Shown: positions 1-12,191 of the stretch, piece by piece
Numbering within the stretch: the stretch's first letter is position 1
Layout: each line of letters opens with the position of its first letter
Assembly (NCBI RefSeq): GCF_011045215.1
Contig: NZ_CP049201.1
Source of the DNA: Escherichia coli
GTDB lineage: Bacteria > Pseudomonadota > Gammaproteobacteria > Enterobacterales > Enterobacteriaceae
Length of the DNA stretch: 64,000 bases
Strand: one strand, 5' to 3'
Translations under genes and position numbers: made by a program
The notes under the pieces: generated by a model
Database searches by the model: none
Told to the model about the DNA's origin: nothing
Seen by the model: only the letters and a program-made list of their open reading frames with translations

Positions 1-1
1 T

Positions 2-733
2 GTCACCGACAGCGTCCATTGCCACGGTTCTGCGACCCTCATCGCCCAGGAAATCCGCCAGACGATTTTCAACGAGCTGCAACTGACGGCGTCTGCGGGC
101 GTGGCACCAGTAAAGTTTCTCGCCAAAATCGCCTCCGACATGAATAAACCCAACGGCCAGTTTGTGATTACGCCGGCAGAAGTTCCGGCATTTTTACAAA
201 CCTTACCACTGGCAAAAATCCCCGGCGTCGGCAAAGTCTCGGCGGCAAAACTGGAAGCGATGGGGCTGCGGACCTGCGGTGATGTACAAAAGTGTGATCT
301 GGTGATGCTGCTTAAACGCTTTGGCAAATTTGGCCGCATTTTGTGGGAGCGTAGTCAGGGGATTGACGAACGCGATGTTAACAGCGAACGGTTGCGAAAA
401 TCCGTCGGCGTGGAACGCACGATGGCGGAAGATATTCATCACTGGTCTGAATGTGAAGCGATTATCGAGCGGCTGTATCCGGAACTTGAACGCCGTCTGG
501 CAAAGGTAAAACCTGATTTACTGATTGCTCGACAGGGGGTGAAATTAAAATTCGACGATTTTCAGCAAACCACCCAGGAGCACGTCTGGCCGCGGCTGAA
601 TAAAGCTGATCTAATCGCCACCGCGCGTAAAACCTGGGATGAACGCCGCGGCGGGCGCGGTGTGCGTCTGGTGGGGCTGCATGTGACGTTGCTGGATCCG
701 CAAATGGAAAGACAACTGGTGCTGGGATTATGA
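2..733 (+). CDS. dinB: DNA polymerase IV, C-terminal part (gene starts upstream of window)
   Basis: Open frame from window edge; translation matches recalled DinB C-terminus ending ERQLVLGL. Confidence 0.85.
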   Translation, partial: VTDSVHCHGSATLIAQEIRQTIFNELQLTASAGVAPVKFLAKIASDMNKPNGQFVITPAEVPAFLQTLPLAKIPGVGKVSAAKLEAMGLRTCGDVQKCDLVMLLKRFGKFGRILWERSQGIDERDVNSERLRKSVGVERTMAEDIHHWSECEAIIERLYPELERRLAKVKPDLLIARQGVKLKFDDFQQTTQEHVWPRLNKADLIATARKTWDERRGGRGVRLVGLHVTLLDPQMERQLVLGL

Positions 734-1182
734 ATAACATACAAATAAGAAACTATCAGCCTGGCGATTTTCAGCAACTATGCGCTATTTTCCTTAGAGC
801 GGTTACGATGACCGCCAGTCAGCATTATTCACCACAACAAATTGCTGCCTGGGCGCAGATTGACGAATCTCGCTGGAAGGAGATACTCGCGAAATCACAA
901 GTGCGGGTTGCAGTCATTAATGCACAACCGGTTGGTTTTATTTCCCGCATTGAACATTATATCGATATGTTATTTGTTGACCCTGAATACACCCGCCGTG
1001 GGGTTGCCAGCGCTTTGTTAAAACCTTTGATTAAGTCTGAATCCGAACTTACGGTGGACGCCAGCATAACCGCAAAACCCTTTTTTGAACGTTATGGTTT
1101 TCAGACAGTTAAGCAGCAGCGCGTTGAATGCCGTGGAGCTTGGTTTACTAATTTTTATATGCGATATAAACCGCAACATTAA
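730..1182 (+). CDS. yafP: GNAT-type acetyltransferase YafP
   Basis: 150 aa ORF, ATGA overlap with dinB stop, matches recalled dinB operon position. Confidence 0.75.
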   Translation: MNNIQIRNYQPGDFQQLCAIFLRAVTMTASQHYSPQQIAAWAQIDESRWKEILAKSQVRVAVINAQPVGFISRIEHYIDMLFVDPEYTRRGVASALLKPLIKSESELTVDASITAKPFFERYGFQTVKQQRVECRGAWFTNFYMRYKPQH

Positions 1183-1415
1183 ATCCAGCTTGCAATGAAA
1201 ATAACGCCCGCCTGGTATGTGCGCGTTTTCTTATTCCACAAACTGCAAGGAGGTAAATCATGACAAATCCTTTATCAATGACTCTTTGCAGACCTTTCCA
1301 GGATTAATTCTTTTTTTCTTGCCCTGGATTCGTCTGCCATTTCCTGATTTTTATATTTATATACTCTAAATAATTCGAGTCGCAGTACATGCAACTTGAA
1401 GTATGACGAGTATAA

Positions 1416-1682
1416 ATGGAATGGTACATGGGCAAATATATTCGTCCCTTATCCGATGCGGTATTTACCATCGCATCTGATGACCTGTGGATCGAGAGTT
1501 TAGCGATCCAACAATTACACACCACGGCAAATTTACCCAACATGCAGCGCGTAGTGGGGATGCCAGATTTACACCCCGGACGCGGCTACCCGATTGGCGC
1601 AGCGTTCTTCTCTGTTGGTCGTTTTTACCCGACAAGACGTCGCTGTAACGGTGCTGGAAACAGAAACGGGCCGCTACTCTGA
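1416..1682 (+). pseudogene. RtcB-like RNA ligase fragment (ykfJ-like remnant)
   Basis: 88 aa ORF with RtcB-like N-terminal motif ([16 protein letters not shown]), far too short for intact RtcB; overlaps prfH frame. Confidence 0.4.
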
Positions 1683-2151
1683 CACGCTGCGTTCGGCGCT
1701 GGTTTCTCTGGATGGCGATAACGCATGGGCATTAAGCGAAAGCTGGTGTGGCACTATTCAGTGGATTTGTCCGAGTCCGTATCGGCCTCATCATGGGCGC
1801 AAAAACTGGTTTCTGGGCATTGGGCGTTTTACCGCTGATGAGCAGGAGCAATCCGATGCGATCCGGTATGAGACGCTGCGTTCGTCGGGGCCGGGTGGTC
1901 AACATGTCAATAAAACCGACTCGGCGGTACGCGCCACGCATTTGGCATCCGGTATTAGCGTGAAGGTTCAGTCAGAGCGTAGTCAGCATGCTAACAAGCG
2001 GCTGGCACGATTGCTGATTGCCTGGAAGCTGGAGCAACAGCAACAGGAAAATAGCGCAGTGCTGAAATCGCAGCGGCGAATGTTCCATCACCAGATTGAA
2101 CGTGGCAACCCGCGACGAACGTTCACAGGGATGGCTTTTATCGAAGGATAA
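1594..2151 (+). CDS. prfH: Peptide chain release factor homolog PrfH (GGQ motif)
   Basis: [16 protein letters not shown] motif typical of class I release factor family; position between yafP and pepD. Confidence 0.65.
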   Translation: MAQRSSLLVVFTRQDVAVTVLETETGRYSDTLRSALVSLDGDNAWALSESWCGTIQWICPSPYRPHHGRKNWFLGIGRFTADEQEQSDAIRYETLRSSGPGGQHVNKTDSAVRATHLASGISVKVQSERSQHANKRLARLLIAWKLEQQQQENSAVLKSQRRMFHHQIERGNPRRTFTGMAFIEG

Positions 2152-2163
2152 TGAAGGATGAAA

Positions 2164-2195
2164 CTGCCGGAAGGCGATTAAACGCCATCCGGCAG
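2164..2195. terminator. Bidirectional hairpin terminator between convergent prfH and pepD
   Basis: Perfect inverted repeat CTGCCGGA...TCCGGCAG with nested GGCG/CGCC stem. Confidence 0.45.
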
Positions 2196-2207
2196 CAAAT
2201 CAAATAA

Positions 2208-3665
2208 TTACTTCGCCGGAATTTCTTTCAGCAGTTCAGTCAGCAGTGTCCAGTAATGACCTACGCTTTCGATGTGAACTTGCTCATCCGGAGAGTGTGG
2301 ACCGGTGATTGTTGGCCCGATAGAAACCATGTCCATTTCCGGATACGGTTTTTTGAACAGACCACATTCCAGGCCCGCGTGGATAATCTGGATGTTCGGC
2401 GTCTTGTTGAACAGGCGCTGATAGGTTTCACGTACCAGATGCATCACCGGAGAATTAGCGTCCGGCTGCCAGCCAGGATATGCGCCTTTTGCTTCGGTTT
2501 TCGCGCCAGCCAGTTTACCCAGCGAATCCAGCATGCTCACCACGTAGTCTTTACCGCTGTCGATCAGAGAACGGATCAGGCAGTGAATTTCTACGTTATT
2601 GTCAGTCATGGTCACCACACCGACGTTCAGGGAGGTTTCGACCACACCTTTTGCCACGTCGGAATTGCGGATCACACCGTTCGGGGTGGCGTTCAGCAGA
2701 CGAATAAAGGTATCGCGAGATTTCGCAATCAGGGCAGCTTTATCGTTCGCTACAGAGTCCAGCAACAAGGCCAGATTTTTCTCTTTCTCTGCCAGCTCGT
2801 TTTTCAGGATCTCCTGATAGGTATTCACCAGAGATTTCAGGGTGTCGACTTTATCAGCTGCGACAGCAATGGTCGCAAAGGCTTCACGCGGGATGGCGTT
2901 ACGCAGTGTGCCGCCGTTGAAATCAATAAGACGCAGATCCAGTTCTTCTGCATGACCCGCCAGGAAGCGCACCAGCAGTTTGTTGGCATTACCGAGGCCA
3001 ACGTGGATTTCACCGCCGGAGTGACCGCCTTTCAGACCTTTTAAGGTTAACTTGAAGGTTTCAAAACCAGCTGGAACCGCTTCACGATCTAAATGCAGGT
3101 TGGAGGTGAAGTCGATACCCCCCGCGCAACCCATGTAGATTTCACCTTCTTCTTCGGAGTCGGTGTTAATCAGAATATCAGCCTGCAACCAGTTGCTCTG
3201 TAAGCCGAACGCACCGTCCATACCGGCTTCTTCGGTCATGGTCAGCAGCACTTCCAGCGGGCCGTGAACCACGTTTTCGTCAGCCAGAACCGCCAGCGCA
3301 GAGGCCATACCAATGCCGTTATCCGCACCCAGCGTGGTGCCGCGCGCTTTAACCCATTCGCCATCAATATAAGGCTGGATAGGATCTTTCGTGAAGTCAT
3401 GCACAGTGTCGTTATTTTTCTGCGGCACCATATCGAGGTGGGCCTGCAAGACGACCGGTTTACGATTTTCCATACCTGCGGTAGCAGGTTTACGAATCAG
3501 GATATTACCTACCTGATCGCGTTCGACATGGAAACCTTTCTCTTTTGCCCAACCAACAATGTATTCAGCGAGTTGCTCTTCATGATAGGACGGGTGAGGA
3601 ATAGAACAGATTTTGGCAAAAATATCCCACAGCGGCTGTGGAGATAATTGAGACAGTTCAGACAC
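2208..3665 (-). CDS. pepD: Cytosol non-specific dipeptidase (aminoacyl-histidine dipeptidase)
   Basis: 485 aa ORF, M20 peptidase-like sequence, conserved position next to gpt. Confidence 0.85.
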   Translation of the reverse strand: MSELSQLSPQPLWDIFAKICSIPHPSYHEEQLAEYIVGWAKEKGFHVERDQVGNILIRKPATAGMENRKPVVLQAHLDMVPQKNNDTVHDFTKDPIQPYIDGEWVKARGTTLGADNGIGMASALAVLADENVVHGPLEVLLTMTEEAGMDGAFGLQSNWLQADILINTDSEEEGEIYMGCAGGIDFTSNLHLDREAVPAGFETFKLTLKGLKGGHSGGEIHVGLGNANKLLVRFLAGHAEELDLRLIDFNGGTLRNAIPREAFATIAVAADKVDTLKSLVNTYQEILKNELAEKEKNLALLLDSVANDKAALIAKSRDTFIRLLNATPNGVIRNSDVAKGVVETSLNVGVVTMTDNNVEIHCLIRSLIDSGKDYVVSMLDSLGKLAGAKTEAKGAYPGWQPDANSPVMHLVRETYQRLFNKTPNIQIIHAGLECGLFKKPYPEMDMVSIGPTITGPHSPDEQVHIESVGHYWTLLTELLKEIPAK

Positions 3666-3925
3666 GTTAAGTCTCCTTGTCGATCACCCGCAAAACAGTA
3701 TTGCAGGTCACAGGGTTAGCAGAAAATGTTGTCAACACAAGACATGCTTGCGAGATATGTTTGAGAATACCACTTTATCCCGCGTCAGGGAGAGGCAGTG
3801 CGTAAAAAGACGCGGACTCATGTGAAATACTGGTTTTTAGTGCGCCAGATCTCTATAATCTCGCGCAACCTATTTTCCCCTCGAACACTTTTTAAGCCGT
3901 AGATAAACAGGCTGGGACACTTCAC

Positions 3926-4384
3926 ATGAGCGAAAAATACATCGTCACCTGGGACATGTTGCAGATCCATGCACGTAAACTCGCAAGCCGACTGATGCCT
4001 TCTGAACAATGGAAAGGCATTATTGCCGTAAGCCGTGGCGGTCTGGTACCGGGTGCGTTACTGGCGCGTGAACTGGGTATTCGTCATGTCGATACCGTTT
4101 GTATTTCCAGCTACGATCACGACAACCAGCGCGAGCTTAAAGTGCTGAAACGCGCAGAAGGCGATGGCGAAGGCTTCATCGTTATTGATGACCTGGTGGA
4201 TACCGGTGGTACTGCGGTTGCGATTCGTGAAATGTATCCAAAAGCGCACTTTGTCACCATCTTTGCAAAACCGGCTGGTCGTCCGCTGGTTGATGATTAT
4301 GTTGTTGATATCCCGCAAGATACCTGGATCGAACAGCCGTGGGATATGGGCGTCGTATTCGTCCCGCCAATCTCCGGTCGCTAA
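3926..4384 (+). CDS. gpt: Xanthine-guanine phosphoribosyltransferase
   Basis: 152 aa ORF with PRTase motif [11 protein letters not shown]. Confidence 0.9.
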
Positions 4385-4390
4385 TCTTTT

Positions 4391-4423
4391 CAACGCCTGG
4401 CACTGCCGGGCGTTGTTCTTTTT
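4391..4423 (+). terminator. Rho-independent terminator after gpt
   Basis: GC stem CAACGCC...GGCGTTG followed by TTCTTTTT. Confidence 0.5.
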
Positions 4424-4475
4424 AACTTCAGGCAGGTTACAATAGTTTCCAGTAAGTATTCTGGAGGCTGCATCC

Positions 4476-5720
4476 ATGACACAGGCAAACCTGAGCGAAA
4501 CCCTGTTCAAACCCCGCTTTAAACATCCTGAAACCTCGACGCTAGTCCGCCGCTTTAATCACGGCGCACAACCGCCTGTGCAGTCGGCCCTTGATGGTAA
4601 AACCATCCCTCACTGGTATCGCATGATTAACCGTCTGATGTGGATCTGGCGCGGCATTGACCCACGCGAAATCCTCGACGTCCAGGCACGTATTGTGATG
4701 AGCGATGCCGAACGTACCGACGATGATTTATACGATACGGTGATTGGCTACCGTGGCGGCAACTGGATTTATGAGTGGGCCACCCAGGCGATGGAGTGGC
4801 AACAAAAAGCCTGTGCGGAAGAAGATCCGCAACTCAGTGGTCGTCACTGGCTGCATGCGGCTACGTTGTACAACATTGCCGCCTATCCTCATCTGAAAGG
4901 AGATGACCTGGCCGAGCAAGCGCAGGCTTTGTCAAACCGCGCCTATGAAGAGGCCGCTCAGCGTCTACCGGGCACGATGCGGCAGATGGAGTTTACCGTA
5001 CCTGGCGGTGCGCCCATCACCGGCTTTTTGCATATGCCGAAAGGCGATGGCCCGTTCCCGACGGTATTAATGTGTGGTGGTCTGGATGCGATGCAGACGG
5101 ACTATTACAGCCTGTATGAACGTTATTTTGCGCCGCGCGGCATTGCGATGCTGACTATTGATATGCCGTCGGTGGGCTTTTCTTCAAAATGGAAGCTCAC
5201 CCAGGACTCCAGCCTGTTGCATCAGCACGTCTTAAAGGCACTGCCTAACGTACCGTGGGTGGATCACACTCGCGTCGCGGCCTTTGGTTTCCGTTTCGGC
5301 GCTAACGTTGCCGTGCGTCTGGCATACCTTGAATCGCCGCGTCTGAAAGCGGTTGCCTGTCTTGGTCCGGTAGTTCATACCCTGTTGAGTGATTTTAAGT
5401 GCCAGCAACAGGTGCCGGAAATGTATCTTGACGTTCTGGCGAGTCGTTTGGGGATGCATGATGCTTCCGATGAAGCGTTGCGCGTGGAGCTGAATCGCTA
5501 TTCATTAAAAGTGCAAGGATTGCTGGGACGTCGCTGCCCAACGCCAATGTTATCAGGCTACTGGAAGAACGATCCGTTCAGCCCGGAAGAGGACTCACGC
5601 TTAATCACCTCATCATCTCATGACGGTAAATTATTAGAGATCCCATTTAACCCGGTGTATCGGAATTTTGACAAAGGTCTTCAGGAAATCACCGACTGGA
5701 TCGAAAAACGCTTGTGTTAA
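4476..5720 (+). CDS. frsA: Esterase FrsA (fermentation/respiration switch protein)
   Basis: 414 aa ORF, alpha/beta hydrolase-like, conserved gpt-frsA-crl order. Confidence 0.8.
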   Translation: MTQANLSETLFKPRFKHPETSTLVRRFNHGAQPPVQSALDGKTIPHWYRMINRLMWIWRGIDPREILDVQARIVMSDAERTDDDLYDTVIGYRGGNWIYEWATQAMEWQQKACAEEDPQLSGRHWLHAATLYNIAAYPHLKGDDLAEQAQALSNRAYEEAAQRLPGTMRQMEFTVPGGAPITGFLHMPKGDGPFPTVLMCGGLDAMQTDYYSLYERYFAPRGIAMLTIDMPSVGFSSKWKLTQDSSLLHQHVLKALPNVPWVDHTRVAAFGFRFGANVAVRLAYLESPRLKAVACLGPVVHTLLSDFKCQQQVPEMYLDVLASRLGMHDASDEALRVELNRYSLKVQGLLGRRCPTPMLSGYWKNDPFSPEEDSRLITSSSHDGKLLEIPFNPVYRNFDKGLQEITDWIEKRLC

Positions 5721-6179
<459 letters not shown>

Positions 6180-6188
6180 GTGAAATGT

Positions 6189-6209
6189 GCCGGATGCATC
6201 ACATCCGGC
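6189..6209. terminator. Bidirectional terminator between crl and phoE
   Basis: Inverted repeat GCCGGATG-catca-CATCCGGC. Confidence 0.5.
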
Positions 6210-6217
6210 AATAATCA

Positions 6218-7273
6218 TTAAAACTGATAGGTCATGCCAACCGCGACAATATCATCATTATTAATATTCAATTTGTTATCGCTATCCAGTTGGTTGATTT
6301 TATAATCAACAAACGCTGACATATTTTTGTTGAAATAATACGTAGCACCGACGTCGATATAATTGACCAGATCTTCATCACCGATACCTTCAATATCTTT
6401 CCCTTTCGATAAGACATAACCCAGCGATGGACGCAGACCAAAGTCAAACTGGTATTGAGCGACCGCTTCAAAGTTCTGTGTCTTATTGGCAAAGCCGCCA
6501 GTTATTGGCGTCATTTTGCGAGTTTCAGAATAGAAAGTTGCCAGATAAATATTATTGGCATCGTATTTCAGACCTGTTGCCCATGCTTCTGCTCGCTTGC
6601 CTGTGCCACGGCTTTGCAGGTTCTGCTCGTTGGTGCGATCTGAGTTGGTATAGGCCCCACTAATGGCGAAATCGCTGCCGCCAAAGTCATATGTCAATGA
6701 CGTGCCGAAGCCATCGCCGTTTTGCTTTTTAACGTCGCGGTTTTCGTTTTTCCCTTGATATTGCAGGGTTAAGTTCAGACCATCGATAACGCCGAAGAAG
6801 TCGGTGTTCCTATACGTCGCCAGACCGCTGGCGCGTTTGGTCATAAAGTTGTCGGTCTGCGCCGAGGAGTCGCCACCAAATTCCGGGAACATATCGGTCC
6901 AGGCTTCCACGTCATACAACGCGCCCAGGTTACGGCCATAGTCGAAAGAACCCAAATCTTTATACTTCAATCCGGCAAAAGCGAGACGCGTTTTTTGCTG
7001 TGCAGTATCACTCTCCGCTTTATTTCCGGCAAACTCCGCTTCCCAACGACCATAACCAGTCAGTTGATCGTTAATTTGTGTTTCGCCTTTAAAACCAAAA
7101 CGGATATAACTCTGGTCGCCATCTTTACTGTCGTTATCACTCATATAATGCATGGCTTTAACTTTGCCATAGACATCCAGTTTATTACCGTCTTTGTTAT
7201 ATATTTCTGCGGCCTGTACGGATGCAGATGCCACAATGCCCATCACCACTAATGCCAGAGTGCTCTTTTTCAT
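6218..7273 (-). CDS. phoE: Outer membrane phosphoporin PhoE
   Basis: Signal peptide [21 protein letters not shown], porin C-terminal F; start placed at MKK rather than ORF-track MKM. Confidence 0.9.
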   Translation of the reverse strand: MKKSTLALVVMGIVASASVQAAEIYNKDGNKLDVYGKVKAMHYMSDNDSKDGDQSYIRFGFKGETQINDQLTGYGRWEAEFAGNKAESDTAQQKTRLAFAGLKYKDLGSFDYGRNLGALYDVEAWTDMFPEFGGDSSAQTDNFMTKRASGLATYRNTDFFGVIDGLNLTLQYQGKNENRDVKKQNGDGFGTSLTYDFGGSDFAISGAYTNSDRTNEQNLQSRGTGKRAEAWATGLKYDANNIYLATFYSETRKMTPITGGFANKTQNFEAVAQYQFDFGLRPSLGYVLSKGKDIEGIGDEDLVNYIDVGATYYFNKNMSAFVDYKINQLDSDNKLNINNDDIVAVGMTYQF

Positions 7274-7346
7274 TTTCATTCCTGATTTTAATTAACGCGC
7301 GAATATTCTGCGGGAGAGCCCCGTTGAAAACAGGAAAGTTTTTAAC

Positions 7347-7373
7347 CTGAGATTGTTAAAGATATATTACAGA
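7347..7373 (-). promoter_or_regulatory. Pho box (PhoB binding site) upstream of phoE
   Basis: Reverse complement reads CTGTAATATATCTTTAACAATCTC, matching recalled phoE Pho box. Confidence 0.55.
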
Positions 7374-7560
7374 TTAATGATATTCTTAAAATGTGGTAAT
7401 TTAGTAAATCTGTAATAAAAGCGTAAACAACTGCCGCTACGCTTGCTGATCCCGCGCAACAAAACACCATGCTTTGCTCGCAGATGGTTGGCAACCGACG
7501 ACAGTCCTGCTAAAACGTTCGTTTGATATCATTTTTCCTAAAATTGAATGGCAGAGAATC

Positions 7561-8664
7561 ATGAGTGACAGCCAGACGCTGGTGGTAAAACTCGGCACCA
7601 GTGTGCTAACAGGCGGATCGCGCCGCCTGAACCGTGCCCATATCGTTGAACTTGTTCGCCAGTGCGCGCAGTTACATGCCGCCGGGCATCGGATTGTTAT
7701 TGTGACGTCGGGCGCGATCGCCGCCGGACGTGAGCACCTGGGTTACCCGGAACTGCCAGCGACTATCGCCTCGAAACAACTGCTGGCGGCGGTAGGGCAG
7801 AGTCGACTGATTCAACTGTGGGAACAGCTGTTTTCGATTTATGGCATTCACGTCGGGCAAATGCTGCTGACTCGTGCTGATATGGAAGACCGTGAACGCT
7901 TCCTGAACGCCCGCGACACCCTGCGTGCGTTGCTCGATAACAATATCGTTCCGGTAATCAATGAGAACGATGCTGTCGCTACGGCAGAGATTAAAGTCGG
8001 CGATAACGACAACCTTTCTGCACTGGCGGCGATTCTGGCGGGTGCCGATAAACTGTTGTTACTGACCGATCAAAAAGGTTTGTATACCGCTGACCCGCGC
8101 AGCAATCCGCAGGCAGAACTGATTAAAGATGTTTACGGCATTGATGACGCACTGCGCGCGATTGCCGGTGACAGCGTTTCAGGCCTCGGAACTGGCGGCA
8201 TGAGTACCAAATTGCAGGCCGCGGACGTGGCTTGCCGTGCGGGTATCGACACCATTATTGCCGCGGGCAGCAAGCCGGGCGTCATTGGTGATGTGATGGA
8301 AGGCATTTCCGTCGGTACGCTGTTCCATGCCCAGGCGACTCCGCTTGAAAACCGTAAACGCTGGATTTTCGGTGCGCCGCCTGCGGGTGAAATCACGGTA
8401 GATGAAGGGGCAACTGCCGCCATTCTGGAACGCGGCAGCTCCCTGTTGCCGAAAGGCATTAAAAGCGTGACTGGCAATTTCTCGCGTGGTGAAGTCATCC
8501 GCATTTGCAACCTCGAAGGCCGCGATATCGCCCACGGTGTCAGCCGTTACAACAGCGATGCATTACGCCGTATTGCCGGACACCACTCGCAAGAAATTGA
8601 TGCAATACTGGGATATGAATACGGCCCGGTTGCCGTTCACCGTGATGACATGATTACCCGTTAA
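7561..8664 (+). CDS. proB: Glutamate 5-kinase
   Basis: Starts [16 protein letters not shown]; PUA domain at C-terminus; ORF-track start 7474 is an upstream in-frame extension. Confidence 0.9.
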
Positions 8665-8675
8665 GGAGCTGGCCG

Positions 8676-9929
8676 ATGCTGGAACAAATGGGCATTGCCG
8701 CGAAGCAAGCCTCGTATAAATTAGCGCAACTCTCCAGCCGCGAAAAAAATCGCGTGCTGGAAAAAATCGCCGATGAACTGGAAGCACAAAGCGAAATCAT
8801 CCTCAACGCTAACGCCCAGGATGTTGCTGACGCGCGAGCCAATGGCCTTAGCGAAGCGATGCTTGACCGTCTGGCACTGACGCCCGCACGGCTGAAAGGC
8901 ATTGCCGACGATGTACGTCAGGTGTGCAACCTCGCCGATCCGGTGGGGCAGGTAATCGATGGCGGCGTACTGGACAGCGGCCTGCGTCTTGAGCGTCGTC
9001 GCGTACCGCTGGGGGTTATTGGCGTGATTTATGAAGCGCGCCCGAACGTGACGGTTGATGTCGCTTCGCTGTGCCTGAAAACCGGTAATGCGGTGATCCT
9101 GCGTGGTGGCAAAGAAACCTGTCGCACTAACGCGGCAACGGTAGCGGTGATTCAGGACGCCCTGAAATCCTGTGGCTTACCGGCGGGTGCCGTGCAGGCG
9201 ATTGATAATCCTGACCGTGCGCTGGTCAGTGAAATGCTGCGTATGGATAAATACATCGACATGCTGATCCCGCGCGGCGGGGCTGGTTTGCATAAACTGT
9301 GCCGCGAACAGTCGACGATCCCGGTGATCACAGGTGGTATAGGCGTATGCCATATTTACGTTGATGAAAGTGCAGAGATCGCTGAAGCCCTGAAAGTAAT
9401 CGTCAATGCGAAAACTCAGCGTCCGAGCACATGTAATACGGTAGAAACGTTGCTGGTGAATAAAAACATCGCCGATAGCTTCCTGCCCGTATTAAGCAAA
9501 CAAATGGCGGAAAGCGGCGTGACATTACACGCAGATGCAGCTGCGCTGACACAGTTGCAGGCAGGCCCCGCGAAGGTGGTGGCGGTTAAAGCCGAAGAGT
9601 ATGACGATGAGTTTCTGTCATTAGATTTGAACGTCAAAATCGTCAGCGATCTTGACGATGCCATCGCCCATATTCGTGAACACGGCACGCAACACTCCGA
9701 TGCGATCCTGACCCGCGATATGCGCAACGCCCAGCGTTTTGTTAACGAAGTGGATTCGTCCGCTGTTTACGTTAACGCCTCTACGCGTTTTACCGACGGC
9801 GGCCAGTTTGGACTGGGTGCGGAAGTGGCGGTAAGCACACAAAAACTCCACGCGCGTGGCCCAATGGGGCTGGAAGCACTGACCACTTACAAGTGGATCG
9901 GCATTGGTGATTACACCATTCGTGCGTAA
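8676..9929 (+). CDS. proA: Gamma-glutamyl phosphate reductase
   Basis: 417 aa ORF immediately after proB, aldehyde dehydrogenase-like. Confidence 0.9.
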   Translation: MLEQMGIAAKQASYKLAQLSSREKNRVLEKIADELEAQSEIILNANAQDVADARANGLSEAMLDRLALTPARLKGIADDVRQVCNLADPVGQVIDGGVLDSGLRLERRRVPLGVIGVIYEARPNVTVDVASLCLKTGNAVILRGGKETCRTNAATVAVIQDALKSCGLPAGAVQAIDNPDRALVSEMLRMDKYIDMLIPRGGAGLHKLCREQSTIPVITGGIGVCHIYVDESAEIAEALKVIVNAKTQRPSTCNTVETLLVNKNIADSFLPVLSKQMAESGVTLHADAAALTQLQAGPAKVVAVKAEEYDDEFLSLDLNVKIVSDLDDAIAHIREHGTQHSDAILTRDMRNAQRFVNEVDSSAVYVNASTRFTDGGQFGLGAEVAVSTQKLHARGPMGLEALTTYKWIGIGDYTIRA

Positions 9930-10043
9930 ATAAAACCGGGTGATGCAAAAGTAGCCGTTTGATTCACAAGGCCATTGACGCATCGCCCGGTTAGTTTTAA
10001 CCTTGTCCACCGTGATTCACGTTCGTGAACATGTCCTTTCAGG

Positions 10044-10119
10044 GCCGATATAGCTCAGTTGGTAGAGCAGCGCATTCGTAATGCGAAGGTCGTAGGTTCG
10101 ACTCCTATTATCGGCACCA
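10044..10119 (+). tRNA. thrW: tRNA-Thr (anticodon CGT)
   Basis: 76 nt GCCGATATAGCTCAGTTGGTAGAGCAGCGCATTCGTAATGCG...TCGGCACCA with anticodon loop tCGTa. Confidence 0.9.
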
Positions 10120-10122
10120 TTT
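10074..10122. repeat. attL: 49-bp tRNA 3-prime segment, directly repeated at 50070-50118
   Basis: Exact 49-bp match ATTCGTAATGCGAAGGTCGTAGGTTCGACTCCTATTATCGGCACCATTT at both positions. Confidence 0.75.
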
Positions 10123-10133
10123 AAATCAATAAG

Positions 10134-11297
10134 TTACACATCATTAGTACCTTCCTTATTTTTTGACTGGGACAAATTTGGGACCGATGGGTTCAGGATC
10201 GAGTCTATTTGCCGTGCGTGTTCGGTAAGGTGATTAGGTGCAAGGTGAGCATATCGACGAACCATTTCGATAGACTCCCAGCCTCCCATTTCCTGTAACA
10301 CTGACAACGGGACTCCGGCTTGAACCAGCCAACTTGCCCAGGTGTGTCTCAAGTCGTGAAATCTGAAATCATCAATACCAGCCCGTCTCAGCGCCGCTTT
10401 CCAGGCTGTGTTTGCGTCATACCGCATCTTCCTTACTGTTGGCGCTTTCGTTCCGTCTGGTTTGGTACAGCTTTCCTTGTACACAAATACCCAACGGTGA
10501 TGATTCCCGATTTGTTTTTTCAAAACGCGACATGCAGTATCATTCAGCGCAACGCCAATTGCGCGGTTTGATTTACTCTCTTCCGGGTTTATCCATGCCA
10601 CCCGGCGCTGCATGTCTATTTGTTGCCATTCAAGGTTGATGATGTTCGAGCGTCTTAAGCCTGTTGCCAGTGCAAATTCAACAACAGACTTTAATGGCTC
10701 CGGACATTCATCAATCAGCCTTTGTGCTTCATGGGGCTCCAGCCAGCGGATCCGTTTATTCTTTGGTTGAGGCACTTTAATAATTGGTGCCTTATCCAGC
10801 ATTTTCCATTCACGCTCTGCGGCTCTTAGTAGGGCCTTTATAAATGAAAGATGCGTAGCCTTCGTTGCAACGGACGCTGGTTTTGGCGTGTATTCTGGAA
10901 CAGGTTTCCCTTTTTTTCTGCATGCTTCTGCCCTGAGTCTCCAGTTTTCCTCATGACGCCGGTTCGTCATTTTCTGCATTGCTGAATAAATTTTTGATTC
11001 AGTAATGTCTCTTAGTTGCATTCCTGCGAAATGTTGAAGCCAGAATCCGATCCGGCTTTTGTCATCGTCCAGTGATTTTTTATGTGCTTTCTCTTCAAGC
11101 CACCTGACACACGCTTCCTCGAACGTTATATCAGGTATTTCACCAAGTTTGCTGACCCGCCATGCTTCAGCCTTTAGCTTGTCATGGAGTTCTGTCGCCT
11201 GCCTTTTGTCCTTTGTTCCAAGAGACTGTTTAAATCTTTTACCGTTCGGCAATGTGAAACTGGCGTACCATATTTCACCTCTGCGGAAGAGTGACAT
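10134..11297 (-). CDS. Phage integrase (tyrosine recombinase)
   Basis: C-terminal catalytic motif [10 protein letters not shown]...RRYAHL; adjacent to tRNA. Confidence 0.85.
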   Translation of the reverse strand: MSLFRRGEIWYASFTLPNGKRFKQSLGTKDKRQATELHDKLKAEAWRVSKLGEIPDITFEEACVRWLEEKAHKKSLDDDKSRIGFWLQHFAGMQLRDITESKIYSAMQKMTNRRHEENWRLRAEACRKKGKPVPEYTPKPASVATKATHLSFIKALLRAAEREWKMLDKAPIIKVPQPKNKRIRWLEPHEAQRLIDECPEPLKSVVEFALATGLRRSNIINLEWQQIDMQRRVAWINPEESKSNRAIGVALNDTACRVLKKQIGNHHRWVFVYKESCTKPDGTKAPTVRKMRYDANTAWKAALRRAGIDDFRFHDLRHTWASWLVQAGVPLSVLQEMGGWESIEMVRRYAHLAPNHLTEHARQIDSILNPSVPNLSQSKNKEGTNDV

Positions 11298-11527
11298 TTT
11301 CTTTCCTCTGTTATGCCATCACCCGCGCTCACCTGGACAGTATGCAGCGGAGACTGAAGAGCCGCAATGCAGGCTTGTCGTGTTGTGAGGTAAGGAGATT
11401 TATTCTTAGTGGGATCTTTGCGTGTTGCCTGAAGACGCCCTGTGCGTATCCAGTTGGTGGCAGTCGGTCTGGATATCTTGAGAAAATGACAGGCCTCATC
11501 GAGTGTGAGGCTGTATGGCTCCATTAT
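11174..11527 (-). CDS. Putative excisionase (HTH)
   Basis: HTH-like [26 protein letters not shown]; overlaps integrase start as in lambda xis-int; start uncertain. Confidence 0.4.
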   Translation of the reverse strand: MMEPYSLTLDEACHFLKISRPTATNWIRTGRLQATRKDPTKNKSPYLTTRQACIAALQSPLHTVQVSAGDGITEERKCHSSAEVKYGTPVSHCRTVKDLNSLLEQRTKGRRQNSMTS

Positions 11528-11829
11528 TTCACCTCTTGCTGTGACATTGTTGAAAAATGGATACCAGCTCGTTGCTGCCAGACGATCCAACCGAGAGTCA
11601 TATCCCATGCCATGTATTCGTTATTGCCGTTTTTTGCTCTCCGACGATCTACTAAGTCACCGAAACGCTTTTCCATGAATAATTCATAAGCTTCGCGTTC
11701 ATCTGGTTCTACTTCCAGAGATAGGAGTGCGATTTCATAAGCACGGCGCTCAATATCGTCTCGCACGTCAAGGCTGCTGATACGCTCTTTAATTTCTTTA
11801 ATCAGTTCTTTGTCGGTAAAAGTGGTCAT
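11524..11829 (-). CDS. Hypothetical phage early-left protein
   Basis: ORF in co-directional gene string. Confidence 0.35.
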   Translation of the reverse strand: MTTFTDKELIKEIKERISSLDVRDDIERRAYEIALLSLEVEPDEREAYELFMEKRFGDLVDRRRAKNGNNEYMAWDMTLGWIVWQQRAGIHFSTMSQQEVK

Positions 11830-12191
11830 TATGCTCCAGCCTCCGGTGCTTTTGGCATTACTGCCCAGTGAGTGATATTGACGTTTTCAAGGTCCCCGAC
11901 CTGAAATGTCCACTGCCATTCTCCGGTTTCTTTTTGTCCCCAGGTGTACCAGAGAGAACGCCAGCCAATTAGCCAGCCTTCTCCGTTAGCATCGAATAAC
12001 AAAACACTTTCATTTGCTGGTGGCAGTTCAGTTGACACTGGTATTACTTTGTTTTCCTGTGCTGCACATTTAGCTTCAAGCGCATCGAATTTACGCACCA
12101 GGTATTCAGCATCTGTTTCATTTACTTTCAGATCTCGCGGTACACATCTCCCACGAAGAAACCCTTCCATTTCGAAAACATTCATGCGCAT
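11829..12191 (-). CDS. Hypothetical phage early-left protein
   Basis: ORF, start/stop overlap with neighbours. Confidence 0.35.
   Translation of the reverse strand: MRMNVFEMEGFLRGRCVPRDLKVNETDAEYLVRKFDALEAKCAAQENKVIPVSTELPPANESVLLFDANGEGWLIGWRSLWYTWGQKETGEWQWTFQVGDLENVNITHWAVMPKAPEAGA

Noticed and set aside
2256-3647. Several long plus-strand ORFs (262, 127, 75, 72 aa) inside pepD
   Set aside because: Antisense to a well-recognised gene; typical shadow ORFs.
8133-8535. Minus-strand ORFs of 118-125 aa inside proB
   Set aside because: Antisense shadow ORFs within a conserved housekeeping gene.
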